Below are positions 50,336-60,176 of a DNA stretch of 64,000 nucleotides, one piece after another (the first letter of the stretch is position 1; each line of letters begins with the position of its first letter). Source of the DNA: Tepidisphaera sp. (lineage in GTDB: Bacteria > Planctomycetota > Phycisphaerae > Phycisphaerales > UBA1924); assembly GCA_050916045.1 (NCBI GenBank), contig CP051526.1, forward strand, positions 480,001-544,000, written 5' to 3'. Position numbers and translations under genes: made by a program. Below the pieces are notes generated by a model that ran no database searches, was not told the DNA's origin, and saw nothing but the letters and a program-made list of their open reading frames with translations.

Positions 50336-52882
50336 TCAGGCGCGGCGGCGGCGTCCGGCGGCCAGCCCTGCGAGGGCGAGGAGGCCGATCGTGCCCGGGG
50401 CGGGGACCACAACGAAGCTGATGGTGTTTTCGGTGAAGATCGGCTGAAGGAAGAGGTCCTGCGACTCGATCGCCAGATCGAACTGGGCGAAGGTGCCGCT
50501 GATGGGGCCGTCGAAGGTGAAGACGTTGGCGAAGACCTGGCCGAGCGTCCCGGCGAAGGTCGCATCGTTGATGATGATCGCGCCGGCCGCTCCGTCCTCG
50601 AAGGTGGTGGTGCCGAAGATGGTGAACTGGTCGTACCCGCCGAGCTGGGTGGCGTTGATGAGGTCGAGGGTGAAGCTGCTGCCCGCGGCGACGGTGAGGC
50701 TTCCCTGGATGGAGAGGGTGCCGGCTTCGCCATCGCTGAACCCGCCGTGATGCTGGAGATCGGCGTTGATGAGGCCGCTTCCGCGGATGAGGCCGAAGTT
50801 GTTGTACTGGCCCAGAACGGTGAGGATTCCGTTGTCGAGTTCGACCGTGCCGGTCTGGTCGAGGTCGCCGGAGACGACGACTTCGCCGACGGTGCGCGGG
50901 CCGGTGCCCGTGCCGATCTTGAGCGCGCCGTCGAGGGTGAGGCCGCCGCCGACGGTGAACAGCTTGTTCCGGACGTTGAGCGTACCGGTGTTGGCGATGG
51001 TGTTGAGCGGGGCGAAGGCGTCATTGCCGGCGAGGTCGACGATTCGGCCGTTGTCACCGTCGAGGGTGATGTTGTTCTCGATGCGGGTAACGGCCGCGTT
51101 CTGGAAGCGGAGCGTGCCCTTGATGTCGAAGGTGCCGCCGCTGAAGACGCCGCCGGAGAAGTTGGTGAGTTCCGACCCGGCTCGCACGATGAACTCGCTG
51201 CCATCCGCGACCGCGAGGCGGCCCGCGCCGAGGACCGAGAAGTCCGCGGTCGAAAGCGTCGTGTAGGTCGTGCTTCCGGTCAGCGTGAAGGAGCCGGAGC
51301 CACCAATCACGCTCCAGTCGGCGAGGGCGTCATCGCCGACGTCGGTCAGGATCTTCGCGGAGGAGGTGTTGAAGGTCACGTCCGAGTCGATGACGTTGAT
51401 GGTCTGGCCCGCGCCGGCGCGGAGTTCGCCGGAAAGGTCGAACGTCCCGCCCGCGAGGGTTCCGGCTTGGATGTTCGTAATCGTTGAACCGGCTTGCACC
51501 TCGACCACCCCGCTGACGCCGACGGTGAGCGTGCCGTCAACGGTGAGGTCGCCGGCGGTCGTGAAGGTGCGGTTGCTCACGCCGAGCGAACCCGCCGCGC
51601 CGACGGTCAGAGCGCCATCAAAGGCCGTTGTGCCGGAGCTGCTCAGGATCGTGGCCAAGCCGCCGTCGAGCGCCAGGTTTGACTCGATCCGACGGATCGA
51701 AGCCCCGTCGAAGGTGAAGCTGCTGTCGAAGAGGTTGAACGTGCCGCCCGCGAGCGTCTGCGTGCCGGCGTTGTAGTTGGTGAGCGACGAGCCCGAAGCG
51801 ACGGTGAAGCTCGAGCCGCCCGCGTCGTCTTCGGCGCCGATGGTCAGCGTGCCCGCGTTCGTGAAATCGCCGAGCGTCGTGAATGAGCGTCCGTCGCTGA
51901 CGGTGAGGCTTCCCTCCGAGCCGTTGACCGCGAGCGAGTTGATTCCGTCAAAGCGGGAGTTCGTGCCGACCAGTTCGACGGTGGCGTTGTTCTCGGTGAT
52001 CTCGACCGCGACATCCCCGAGGTCCACGATCTGAAGTTCGCCGGTGTCTTCGGAGCGGAACCGGCCGCCGACGAGGTTGCCGCTGTTGAGGTTGGAGAGC
52101 TGGTTGACCTTGAGGATGCCGGAGGAGACGCGGATCAGTCCGCCGCCGGAGTTGTTGATGGTGACGCGGTTGAAGAACGAGGTGCCGCTTGAGAGCTTGT
52201 GGATGATGCCGTTGTTGAAGATCGTGCCCGTGGCGCCCAAGCCGTTGTACCCGAAGGTCGCGGCGGAATTGATCCGCATGGTGGAAGCGGACGAGAGCGT
52301 GATGCTCGCGGCGCGGCCCATGACGATGTTGCCCGAGCCGTTCCAGTCCATGAACGCGCCGCGGTGGTCCACGCCGGTGTCGCAGATTTCGTCGGTGGTC
52401 GAGTTCGCGAAGGTCACGTTGCCCCAGAAGGTCGCGCCGGTCGTGCGGCGGAGGCGGGCTCCGTTGTTGAAGGTGGTGTTGCCGAAGACGGTCAGGGTGC
52501 CCGTGCCCCCCAGCTCGCGGCGGCCGTAAAACTCCGACCCCAGCGTCATGTTCTGGTTGACGACGAGGCTGTTGGTGTTGTTGAGGCTGAAGATCGCGCC
52601 GCCGCCGGGGTTATGGGTGAAGTTCTCGATCGTCGCGTTGATGTCGAGGTTGACGGTGTACGCGCCCGCGATGTTGATCACCGCGTTGAAGGTGTTCGGG
52701 AAGTTGTTGTTCGGGATGCCGTTCGGCGACCAGTTGGAAGCGTTGTTCCAGTTGCCGCCCGCGCCGTTGGTCCACGTCAGGGTGGTCTGGGCGAGGGAGG
52801 TGCAGGCCGTGCCCGCCAGCATCGCAAGGGCGGCGGGCGCGCAGAGTCGACCGGCGAACAAGGAACGATATTTCGTCGTCAT
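50336..52882 (-). CDS. PEP-CTERM-sorted beta-strand-repeat surface protein
   Basis: Signal peptide; W...GNWN.ASNW N-terminus; autotransporter-like repeats; terminal VPAPG-hydrophobic-RRRRA. Confidence 0.9.
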   Translation of the reverse strand: MTTKYRSLFAGRLCAPAALAMLAGTACTSLAQTTLTWTNGAGGNWNNASNWSPNGIPNNNFPNTFNAVINIAGAYTVNLDINATIENFTHNPGGGAIFSLNNTNSLVVNQNMTLGSEFYGRRELGGTGTLTVFGNTTFNNGARLRRTTGATFWGNVTFANSTTDEICDTGVDHRGAFMDWNGSGNIVMGRAASITLSSASTMRINSAATFGYNGLGATGTIFNNGIIHKLSSGTSFFNRVTINNSGGGLIRVSSGILKVNQLSNLNSGNLVGGRFRSEDTGELQIVDLGDVAVEITENNATVELVGTNSRFDGINSLAVNGSEGSLTVSDGRSFTTLGDFTNAGTLTIGAEDDAGGSSFTVASGSSLTNYNAGTQTLAGGTFNLFDSSFTFDGASIRRIESNLALDGGLATILSSSGTTAFDGALTVGAAGSLGVSNRTFTTAGDLTVDGTLTVGVSGVVEVQAGSTITNIQAGTLAGGTFDLSGELRAGAGQTINVIDSDVTFNTSSAKILTDVGDDALADWSVIGGSGSFTLTGSTTYTTLSTADFSVLGAGRLAVADGSEFIVRAGSELTNFSGGVFSGGTFDIKGTLRFQNAAVTRIENNITLDGDNGRIVDLAGNDAFAPLNTIANTGTLNVRNKLFTVGGGLTLDGALKIGTGTGPRTVGEVVVSGDLDQTGTVELDNGILTVLGQYNNFGLIRGSGLINADLQHHGGFSDGEAGTLSIQGSLTVAAGSSFTLDLINATQLGGYDQFTIFGTTTFEDGAAGAIIINDATFAGTLGQVFANVFTFDGPISGTFAQFDLAIESQDLFLQPIFTENTISFVVVPAPGTIGLLALAGLAAGRRRRA

Positions 52883-53068
52883 GGATTCTCTCTCCCGCGC
52901 CGAACCACAAACGCTCGCCGCATCTCCGTGGCAAAGGATACGGGACAACCCCCGAACTTCCAAGATCCAACTCACCGGGCTGGCCATTTTCACTCGGCGG
53001 TTCCCCGTTTCGGGACGTTTACGAGGGGGTTTCCGCCGTCCGGACGGACGCTGGACGGCATGGAAGGC

Positions 53069-55987
53069 TCATTTCGGACGCTCGATGTCGGACTTCATGG
53101 CTTCTCGAATGGCTTGGAGCGCTTCGCGGGTTTCGACGATGGCTGGGGAGGCGTCGGTGAGCGCGCCGTGCTTGGTGCGGAGCTCTTCGAACCGAGTTTG
53201 GGCGGCGGTCATGAACTGCTCGGCTTGGCGGAGCTTGGCGTCACGGTCGGGGCCGGTCGCGACGGCGAGGGTGGCGTAGGCGAGATTGATCTGGCCCATC
53301 TTGAACTCGGCCAGGCCCAGATCGCGGAGGTGGCGAGCGGTGGCGTCGGTCTTGTACAGGCCCGCTCGGAGGCGCAGCGAGTCGGCGTAGGACCGCTCGG
53401 CTTCGGCGAGCAGCGCGGGCCTGTTCGCCGCGTCCAGCCGGGCCAGCCAGCGGCGCTCGTTGCCGACCTTGTTGAGCATCACGGCCCAGTCGCGGACACC
53501 CTCGATGTTCTTGGGGTCGGACTCGGAGAGGCGGGAAGCGACGGCGAGCCCGCGGGCGTACGCGGTCGCGGCTTTGGTGCGGAGCGAGCGCTCGATGGCG
53601 GATCCGTCCTCGCCTCCGACGACCTTTGCAAGATCGGCGGGGAGGGTCGTGATACCGAGCTTTTCCTCGAGGACGCGGAGGATGTCCGCTTTGCCCGAGA
53701 CGGCGAAGCCGAGGTTGTTGCAGGCGACGTAGATGTCGCGGTCTGCGGCGCCGCTCGCGGGAGCGTCGGCGGCGATCTCGCCGAAGCGTTCGAGGGCGGG
53801 CGTGGCACGGGCGATTGCTTCGTCAAATCGGGCAGCGGCTTCGATCAGGAGCTCGGTAATGGCGGGGCTTGGCTGATTGCCCTTGCCGAGGGCTTCGGCG
53901 AGGCGTTCGGCTTCGTCAATGGCGGCGCGACCGCGGGAGGTTCCGATCGAGGCTTTCTTGCTCGCCAGGATGCTGAGAACGCCCTTGGCTTCGGCGTCGT
54001 TGGCGTCTGCGGCGAGCCTTGGGGCCCAGTACTCGGTCTGGGCGCGGTCGTAGCGGGATTGAGCGGCGGCGATGTGGTCTTCGGCTTCCGCCCGGTTCGG
54101 AGCTTTCTCGCCCAGGCGAGCTTTGGCGTCACCCTGAGCGACGAGCATGCGGTAGCGCTGTTCGAGGAGATCTCGGCGGGCCTGCGAGTCGGCGGGGGCT
54201 TTGGCTTCTGCGGAAGCGAGCCACTCGATGGCTCGCTGGTAGTGTCCGAAGGCTTCCTCGTAGCGTTCGCCGCGTTCGGCGATCCAGCCTTCCTGCTGGG
54301 CGCTGGTCGCGGCGTTTTCGAGGGCTTTGGGATCGTCGGGGAAGCGTTTGAGCAGGCCCATTCGGACGGAGCGAGCTTCGGCGAAGCTCTTGGCGGCTTC
54401 CTCGGTGTCTCCGACGCGGGGGAGGTACAGGCCGCCTTGAATTCGGCCGAGCTGGTCGAAAGCGTCGGCGAGCTCGCGGAGGAGAGCTGGGTCGTCGCCG
54501 ACCTCGCCGCGGAGGGAGCCGAGGTACGCGGCGGCTTCGCGGGCGAGGCGTTCGCGGGCGGGGGTGGCGCCGCGCAGGTTGCCGATGTCGCGGCTGAAGT
54601 CGTACATGAAGGAGCGGGCGAGGGCGCGGCCTGCGGCGAAGTTGCGTTCGGCGCGGGCTTTCTGATCGTCGGCGGCGGTCTTGGCCTGAACGGCGGCGAT
54701 GCGCTGTTTCTGTTCTTCCCTGCTGGTCTGGCGTTCGGCTTGGTAGAGGAAGGTCATGCCGACGGCAGAGATGGAGATCAGAGCGGCGAAGGAGAGGAAG
54801 ACGCCTGCGGTGACGCGGTGGCGTTTGAGGGTCTTGGAGAGCAGGTACATCGCGCTGTCGCGCTTGGCTTCGATGGCTTCGCCGTTGAGGTAGCGTTCGA
54901 GGTCGCGAGCGACCTCGCCGGCGGACTGGTAACGCCGTGCGCGGTCCTTGGCGAGACACTTGAGAACGATCGTCTCTATCTCGCTGTTGACGCGGCGACC
55001 GACGGAGCTGGGCCGGGCTGGCTCGGCTCGAAGGATGTTGTCGAGCACATCCCGCATGTTGCCGAGGACGGCGTAGGGGAATCTGCCGGTCAGAAGCTGG
55101 TAGAGGATGACGCCGAGCGAGTAGACGTCGGTGCGGACGTCGATCGCGTCGGGGCTGCCGTCGGCCTGTTCGGGGCTGGCCCATGGCAAGCTGCCGATGA
55201 ACTGGCCGGTCATGGTCATGGCGGGCTGGTCGCCTGTGGAAGAGCCCATGCCGGCGAGGGCGACCTTGGCGAGGCCGAAATCGACGACGACGGGCTCGCC
55301 GCGCTGGTCGACACGGATGTTCGCCGGCTTGAGGTCGCGGTGGATGACGCCGCGAAGGTGAGCGGCGTTCACGGCGTCGCAGATTTTGATGAAAAGGCGG
55401 AGGATGTCTTCGGTCGCCCATGCACCGGTCGCGGCGGCTTGGCTTCCCGAACTTGAGCGGCGAGCGGCTCGCGAACCGGTTCCGGAGCCGGAGTGGTGCT
55501 GCGGAGCGGGGACGCCGGACTTGCCCTCGATCAGATCGTCGAGCGGGCGGCCCGAGATGTAGTCCATCACGTAGAAGAACGAGCCATTGCTCGCCACGCC
55601 ACTGTCGTGAATGTGGACGATGTTGGGGTGGTTGAGCTGGCCGAGGATCTGGACTTCGCGTTCGAAGCGTGAGCGGCCGGAGGTGCCGGCGAAGGGGCCT
55701 TCGTGGAGGATCTTGATGGCGACGCGGCGTTTGGTTGCTCTTTGGAGGGCCAGATAGACGACGCCCTGGCCGCCGCGGTGGATTTCGTGGAGGATGTCGT
55801 AACCGGGGAAAGCGTCGGGCGGCGGGAGGGCTCCGGTGCGGGAAGCGCTGGAGTCGAAAGCTTCGGGTCGCTGGGCTTCCTGGCCGAGGACGGCGTCGAT
55901 GAGGTGGCGTTCGCCCGAGCCGCTGGCCGCTTGCGGGCCGATCGGGGCGTCCTGTAGGGAGGGGGATGGGTCGTTTGGGGTGGTCAC
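53069..55987 (-). CDS. Ser/Thr protein kinase with TM segment and TPR-like C-terminal region
   Basis: RGGQGVVY, VAIK, HPNIV, HRDLKPAN, DFGLAK, GSLPWASPEQ, DVYSLG; helical repeats after the TM. Confidence 0.93.
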   Translation of the reverse strand: MTTPNDPSPSLQDAPIGPQAASGSGERHLIDAVLGQEAQRPEAFDSSASRTGALPPPDAFPGYDILHEIHRGGQGVVYLALQRATKRRVAIKILHEGPFAGTSGRSRFEREVQILGQLNHPNIVHIHDSGVASNGSFFYVMDYISGRPLDDLIEGKSGVPAPQHHSGSGTGSRAARRSSSGSQAAATGAWATEDILRLFIKICDAVNAAHLRGVIHRDLKPANIRVDQRGEPVVVDFGLAKVALAGMGSSTGDQPAMTMTGQFIGSLPWASPEQADGSPDAIDVRTDVYSLGVILYQLLTGRFPYAVLGNMRDVLDNILRAEPARPSSVGRRVNSEIETIVLKCLAKDRARRYQSAGEVARDLERYLNGEAIEAKRDSAMYLLSKTLKRHRVTAGVFLSFAALISISAVGMTFLYQAERQTSREEQKQRIAAVQAKTAADDQKARAERNFAAGRALARSFMYDFSRDIGNLRGATPARERLAREAAAYLGSLRGEVGDDPALLRELADAFDQLGRIQGGLYLPRVGDTEEAAKSFAEARSVRMGLLKRFPDDPKALENAATSAQQEGWIAERGERYEEAFGHYQRAIEWLASAEAKAPADSQARRDLLEQRYRMLVAQGDAKARLGEKAPNRAEAEDHIAAAQSRYDRAQTEYWAPRLAADANDAEAKGVLSILASKKASIGTSRGRAAIDEAERLAEALGKGNQPSPAITELLIEAAARFDEAIARATPALERFGEIAADAPASGAADRDIYVACNNLGFAVSGKADILRVLEEKLGITTLPADLAKVVGGEDGSAIERSLRTKAATAYARGLAVASRLSESDPKNIEGVRDWAVMLNKVGNERRWLARLDAANRPALLAEAERSYADSLRLRAGLYKTDATARHLRDLGLAEFKMGQINLAYATLAVATGPDRDAKLRQAEQFMTAAQTRFEELRTKHGALTDASPAIVETREALQAIREAMKSDIERPK

Positions 55988-56076
55988 GGGGATCGGGTTC
56001 GGTTTGGTGGCCGGGAGCGGGCGCGGGGCTTCCGTGAGGCAGGGAACGTCAGGGGTGGTGGAAGTTCACGGGAAAG

Positions 56077-56739
56077 TCAGCCTGGAGTGGAGAAAAACTT
56101 GGAATCCGACCCCAGGATTTCCTTGAGTCGGTCGTGGGCACGGGCTCGGAGCATGTAAGCGGCCCCCTCGGACCGCTTCATCTCGGCAGCGATCTCGGAC
56201 ATGGGCTTGCCGGCGAGGTCGTGGCCACGGATGACGCGTTCGTAATCCGGTGGGAGGGCGCGGAGGGCGACCTCAAGCATGCCGCCGGCTTCGTCCTTGG
56301 CGACCACGCGACTTGGGGTGATGGTGTTGATGCCGAGGAGATTGATGAACGCGGACGCGGAGTCCTCGCGGTTGGGGGTGACCTTTTTCCGAGGGTCGAA
56401 GCGTTTGGCGGCTTCGAGGGAGCGGATGGCGTCGATGAGGTTGTTTTCGGCGAGGCGGGAGACCCAAGCGACGAATCCGGAGTAACCGCCGCCGGTGAAG
56501 GAGCTCAGGCGAAGGACGACTTCCATGTAGGTGACTTGCATGACGTCGTCGGCTTCGAGCAGGGTTCGGATGGCCGGGGATAGCTTGGGCTCGATGCGAG
56601 CGCGGACGCGCGGGCCGACGGCTTCGAGGAGTTCCGCGAGGGATCTGCGATCTCCGCCCTTGGCGCGGAGCAGGAGCGCATCGAGGACGGGATCGGCTTT
56701 GGGATCGGGCTTGGGGCCGCCATTGGGGGCGTCGTTCAC
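56077..56739 (-). CDS. ECF sigma-70 factor
   Basis: AAGGAGG RBS before GTG; AKGGDR, ADDVMQ, FVAWV..AENNLIDAIR, TPSR, ALRALP, EIA..MKRSEGA..RA. Confidence 0.88.
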   Translation of the reverse strand: MNDAPNGGPKPDPKADPVLDALLLRAKGGDRRSLAELLEAVGPRVRARIEPKLSPAIRTLLEADDVMQVTYMEVVLRLSSFTGGGYSGFVAWVSRLAENNLIDAIRSLEAAKRFDPRKKVTPNREDSASAFINLLGINTITPSRVVAKDEAGGMLEVALRALPPDYERVIRGHDLAGKPMSEIAAEMKRSEGAAYMLRARAHDRLKEILGSDSKFFSTPG

Positions 56740-56814
56740 GCGGGCCTCCTTCGGTAGAGTGTACGATACCTTGATCTCGCGCGCGTCGAGCGCAAGCAGC
56801 CAGAGCGAGCACCG

Positions 56815-59154
56815 ATGCCCGATCAAGAGGCCCGACCCAAACCATCTCCGGACGCTGAGCAGGCCGATCGGGCCGCGGACATCCGTGGATTCTCGACGAT
56901 GGATCTGCCGTCGCCGTTTGAATTCGGGATGCCGATTCCGACGCGGGTGGGGCCGTACATCGTGCTGAGCAGGCTGGGCGAGGGCGGAATGGGCGTGGTG
57001 GTGGAAGCCGAGCACGAACGGCTGCAGAGCCGGGCGGCGCTCAAGCTGATGCGGCGGTCGGCCGCCCGGGCTCCCTCGGCTTCGGCGGTCGAGCGGTTCG
57101 TCGCCGAGTCTCGGTACCTGGCGATGCTCGAGCATCCGGCGATCTGCCGTGTGCTTCACGCGGGGACGTACGTCGACGCGCGGGGGGAGTCGCTCCCGTA
57201 CTTCGCGATGGAGCTTGTGGAGGGCGGGAGGGACATCCGGCGGTACTGTCTGGCGGAATCGCCGACGATCCGCGACCGGGCCCGGCTGATGCTTCCGATT
57301 CTGGACGCGGTGGAGTACGGGCACCAGCGCGGCGTTCTTCACCGCGACCTCAAGCCGGAGAACATCCTTGTCCGCGGCGGGGGGAGTTCGGGCGAGACGG
57401 GCGACAGCGTCAAAGCCAAGCTGATCGACTTCGGCATCGCGCATGCGGTCGGCGACGCGCCGGGAAAGAGCAGGCTGACCGTCGTGGGGTCCTTCATCGG
57501 AACGCCGCGATACGCAAGCCCCGAGCAGCTCTCCGGGAACCCCAAGCTCGTCGATCAGCGGACGGACGTTTACGCGCTGGGTGTCGTTCTCAGCGAACTC
57601 CTGCTCAATCAGCATCCGTACGGGATGGTGGATGTCGATGTGGAGTCGGCGAGCGAAGCTTTGAAGCGCACGCCGGACCTGCGAACCGGGAGCGACGGCG
57701 AGCCGGTTGATCGCGATCTGGAGACGATTCTCCGCACGGCGGTGGCGCGAGACCCCGACGAGCGGTACCAGACCGTCGCGGCGATGGCGACGGATCTGCG
57801 CCGGTGGCTGAACGACGAGCCGGTGCTTGCGCGGCGTCCATCGTGGTGGATGATTGGGCTTCGGCGGGCGCGTTCGGTGACGAGCCGAAATCGGCCGCTG
57901 ACCCGCGTGGGGGTGGTTGCGGCGGCGACCTTGCTTGCGATGCTTCCCTTCGGCGTGCTGCGGGACGTGGTCGCCGGCGCGCAGGGCGCGCTCGCGGTGG
58001 CGATGGCTCCCGCGTGGACGCCGCCCGCGTCGTCGGACGGGGTCGCGGTCGCGCTGATCACCGACGAGACCAAGCCCGAAACGCTCGGCGCGGCTCTGGG
58101 GATCGAGATCGCTCCCCAGGTCGGGCCGACGTGGCGGCGGATGCACGGGAAGGTGATCGAGAAACTCGCGGAAGCGGGCGCGGCGGGGGTCGTGCTCGAC
58201 ATGGCTTTCTCGAAGGATGCCGATGACCCGGCTTTTGATCGTGACTTTGCGGCCAGCATCGACAAGGCGCAGGGGGCGGGAGTGCCGGTCAGCGTCGGGG
58301 TCTTCAACTGGTTTGATCGGACGGCGCCGTTCCTTCGAGGGAAGGTGTTCGAGGGCGGCGCGACGTTCGCCAGCATGCCGGGGATGTGGGTGGTCGATCT
58401 GGCGATGATGAGGGACGACGGGAGCTCGCCGGGGGCGATCGGTTCGCTTGCGCTCAACGGCCTTGCGGCGGCGCGGGCGCCCGGAGCGGTGCCCTTGGCG
58501 GCGCTGCACGATTCTCAACAGGTTGTCGAGGTGCGTTACGTTCGCTCGCATGACGGGCGCGTTGTGGAGGACTCCGTCCGCGATGTCATTCCGGCGCAGA
58601 TCGCTCTTGTCGGAGCGGACGACCCTCAGATCGGCCTGCGGGCAAGCGACCGGGCCGCGAGGATCCTCGTTCCGCCGTGGGATCAGGACGCCGAAGCCCG
58701 GGCGACCATCGAGTACGCCGACCTCGCTCGGGGGGATCCGCAGGCTCTCGCCCGGGTGGCGGGGAAGGTCGTGATCATCGCCCGCTGCGATCAGGAAGTT
58801 CGAGAAGCCGAGACGATCGAGCACCCCTCGACTGGAAGACCGGTGTGGCGCGTCTACGCCCACGCGGCGGCGACGGCGGCTCTGATGCAGCAGCGTTCCG
58901 TGCGTCTCCTCAGCCCGGCGTGGGAGTGGGGCGCGACGGCGGCGGTAAGCGTGCTCGGCGTCGCCGCGGGCGTCTGGCCGAGAAGGTTCGGGCGGAAGGT
59001 TGCGGCGGCACTAGGATTATCGGCCGGCGTGGTCGGCGTGAGTCTTCTCGCGTGGTGGCTGGAGGGTCTGCTGGTGCTTCCGGCGCAGCCTCTGACGGGG
59101 CTGCTCATAGCGGCGGTAGGGGCATGGTGGCTCGCGCCGCGAGCCGTTCGCTGA
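56815..59154 (+). CDS. Ser/Thr kinase with C-terminal CHASE2-like sensor and TM helices
   Basis: GEGGMGVV, HRDLKPEN, DFGIA, GTPRYASPEQ; after the TM: WRRMHGKVIEKLAEAGAAGVVLDMAF, GKVVII, VYAHA, three TM. Confidence 0.88.
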   Translation: MPDQEARPKPSPDAEQADRAADIRGFSTMDLPSPFEFGMPIPTRVGPYIVLSRLGEGGMGVVVEAEHERLQSRAALKLMRRSAARAPSASAVERFVAESRYLAMLEHPAICRVLHAGTYVDARGESLPYFAMELVEGGRDIRRYCLAESPTIRDRARLMLPILDAVEYGHQRGVLHRDLKPENILVRGGGSSGETGDSVKAKLIDFGIAHAVGDAPGKSRLTVVGSFIGTPRYASPEQLSGNPKLVDQRTDVYALGVVLSELLLNQHPYGMVDVDVESASEALKRTPDLRTGSDGEPVDRDLETILRTAVARDPDERYQTVAAMATDLRRWLNDEPVLARRPSWWMIGLRRARSVTSRNRPLTRVGVVAAATLLAMLPFGVLRDVVAGAQGALAVAMAPAWTPPASSDGVAVALITDETKPETLGAALGIEIAPQVGPTWRRMHGKVIEKLAEAGAAGVVLDMAFSKDADDPAFDRDFAASIDKAQGAGVPVSVGVFNWFDRTAPFLRGKVFEGGATFASMPGMWVVDLAMMRDDGSSPGAIGSLALNGLAAARAPGAVPLAALHDSQQVVEVRYVRSHDGRVVEDSVRDVIPAQIALVGADDPQIGLRASDRAARILVPPWDQDAEARATIEYADLARGDPQALARVAGKVVIIARCDQEVREAETIEHPSTGRPVWRVYAHAAATAALMQQRSVRLLSPAWEWGATAAVSVLGVAAGVWPRRFGRKVAAALGLSAGVVGVSLLAWWLEGLLVLPAQPLTGLLIAAVGAWWLAPRAVR

Positions 59155-59160
59155 AGGGAG

Positions 59161-60117
59161 ATGGTTCGCATGGATCGCGACGCGTCGGCTCAGAACGTCA
59201 AAGCATGGGTGGTCACTGGCACGGCCTTTAGCGTGGTCGGTTGCGTGCTGATCGCGGTTCTGCTCTTCCGGCCCGCTCCGGCCACGCTTCGCGACAGCCA
59301 GCCGGACGCGCCCACGCCGAGCTCGACGGGACCGTCGGAGGTTTCGGCGGGCATGACGATCGGATTCACGCGTCCGCGGCCCGCGATGCGGATGAACAAG
59401 GACCTGGACGTTGAGCTTCGCGAGTGGTCGCACCTGGTGGCCAAGGGCGATCAATCCGCGCCGCCGCCGCAGCCCAAGGAAGCCTGGTACGACATCCTCG
59501 TGGGGCCGGCGGACCTCACGCTCTCGTCCAAGATTCCCTTCAAGCTCAAGGGGCACTTCAGCAATCCGCGAGTTCAGGTTGAGAACGCGCTGATGTACCT
59601 GAGCGGTCGATGGATCATCCCGACGACGCGGCGCATCCGCGGGGTGAGCCCTGGCGGGCTGATGTCCGACCCGACCATTCCCGGTCTTTCCGGGTCGAGC
59701 GGGTCGATGACGCCCATCCCGTGCGCGAACGTCGACAACCAGGACGAGATCGTCGAAGGCAAGCTCGTGGTGTTCACCGACGCGACGCGGGACGTCGTCT
59801 TCTTCGCCCCCGGCGCGAAAACCCCGACGGCGACGCTGGTTCTCCGCCAGTGGACCGCCGGGATGGGGTCTCCAAACGAGCCCACACCCGGAAACGAGGT
59901 GCCCGAGTGTTTCCAGATCTCCAGCGGGTACTACTACGTCATCAGCTTTGACGCCACGCTCGGGAAGCAGAAAGCCACGGCGTACGCGTGGAACCTCGCC
60001 ACCGGGACGCACGATCAATCGATCAAGGACATCCTCAGCCGCGTCAACACCCAGGTGATCGGCCTGGACTACACGTCGGTCGTGAGCGTGATTCCGCAGC
60101 TCAAACCGTCACCTTGA
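59161..60117 (+). CDS. Hypothetical membrane-anchored protein (start may be 59170)
   Basis: N-terminal TM; GRWIIPTTRRIRG motif shared with the next gene. Confidence 0.75.
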   Translation: MVRMDRDASAQNVKAWVVTGTAFSVVGCVLIAVLLFRPAPATLRDSQPDAPTPSSTGPSEVSAGMTIGFTRPRPAMRMNKDLDVELREWSHLVAKGDQSAPPPQPKEAWYDILVGPADLTLSSKIPFKLKGHFSNPRVQVENALMYLSGRWIIPTTRRIRGVSPGGLMSDPTIPGLSGSSGSMTPIPCANVDNQDEIVEGKLVVFTDATRDVVFFAPGAKTPTATLVLRQWTAGMGSPNEPTPGNEVPECFQISSGYYYVISFDATLGKQKATAYAWNLATGTHDQSIKDILSRVNTQVIGLDYTSVVSVIPQLKPSP

Positions 60118-60176
60118 CTCATGGCGAGAGCGGCGAACCGCCGACGTTTGCGATTCTTGCCGAAAGGACCTTTCTG

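Noticed and set aside
52199..55456. 1085-aa plus-strand ORF
   Set aside because: Antisense to the PEP-CTERM and kinase genes; no motifs
56740..58863. Upstream ~700 aa of the 928-aa ORF containing the ECF sigma
   Set aside because: Antisense to the CHASE2 kinase; the sigma has its own RBS and GTG start at 56739
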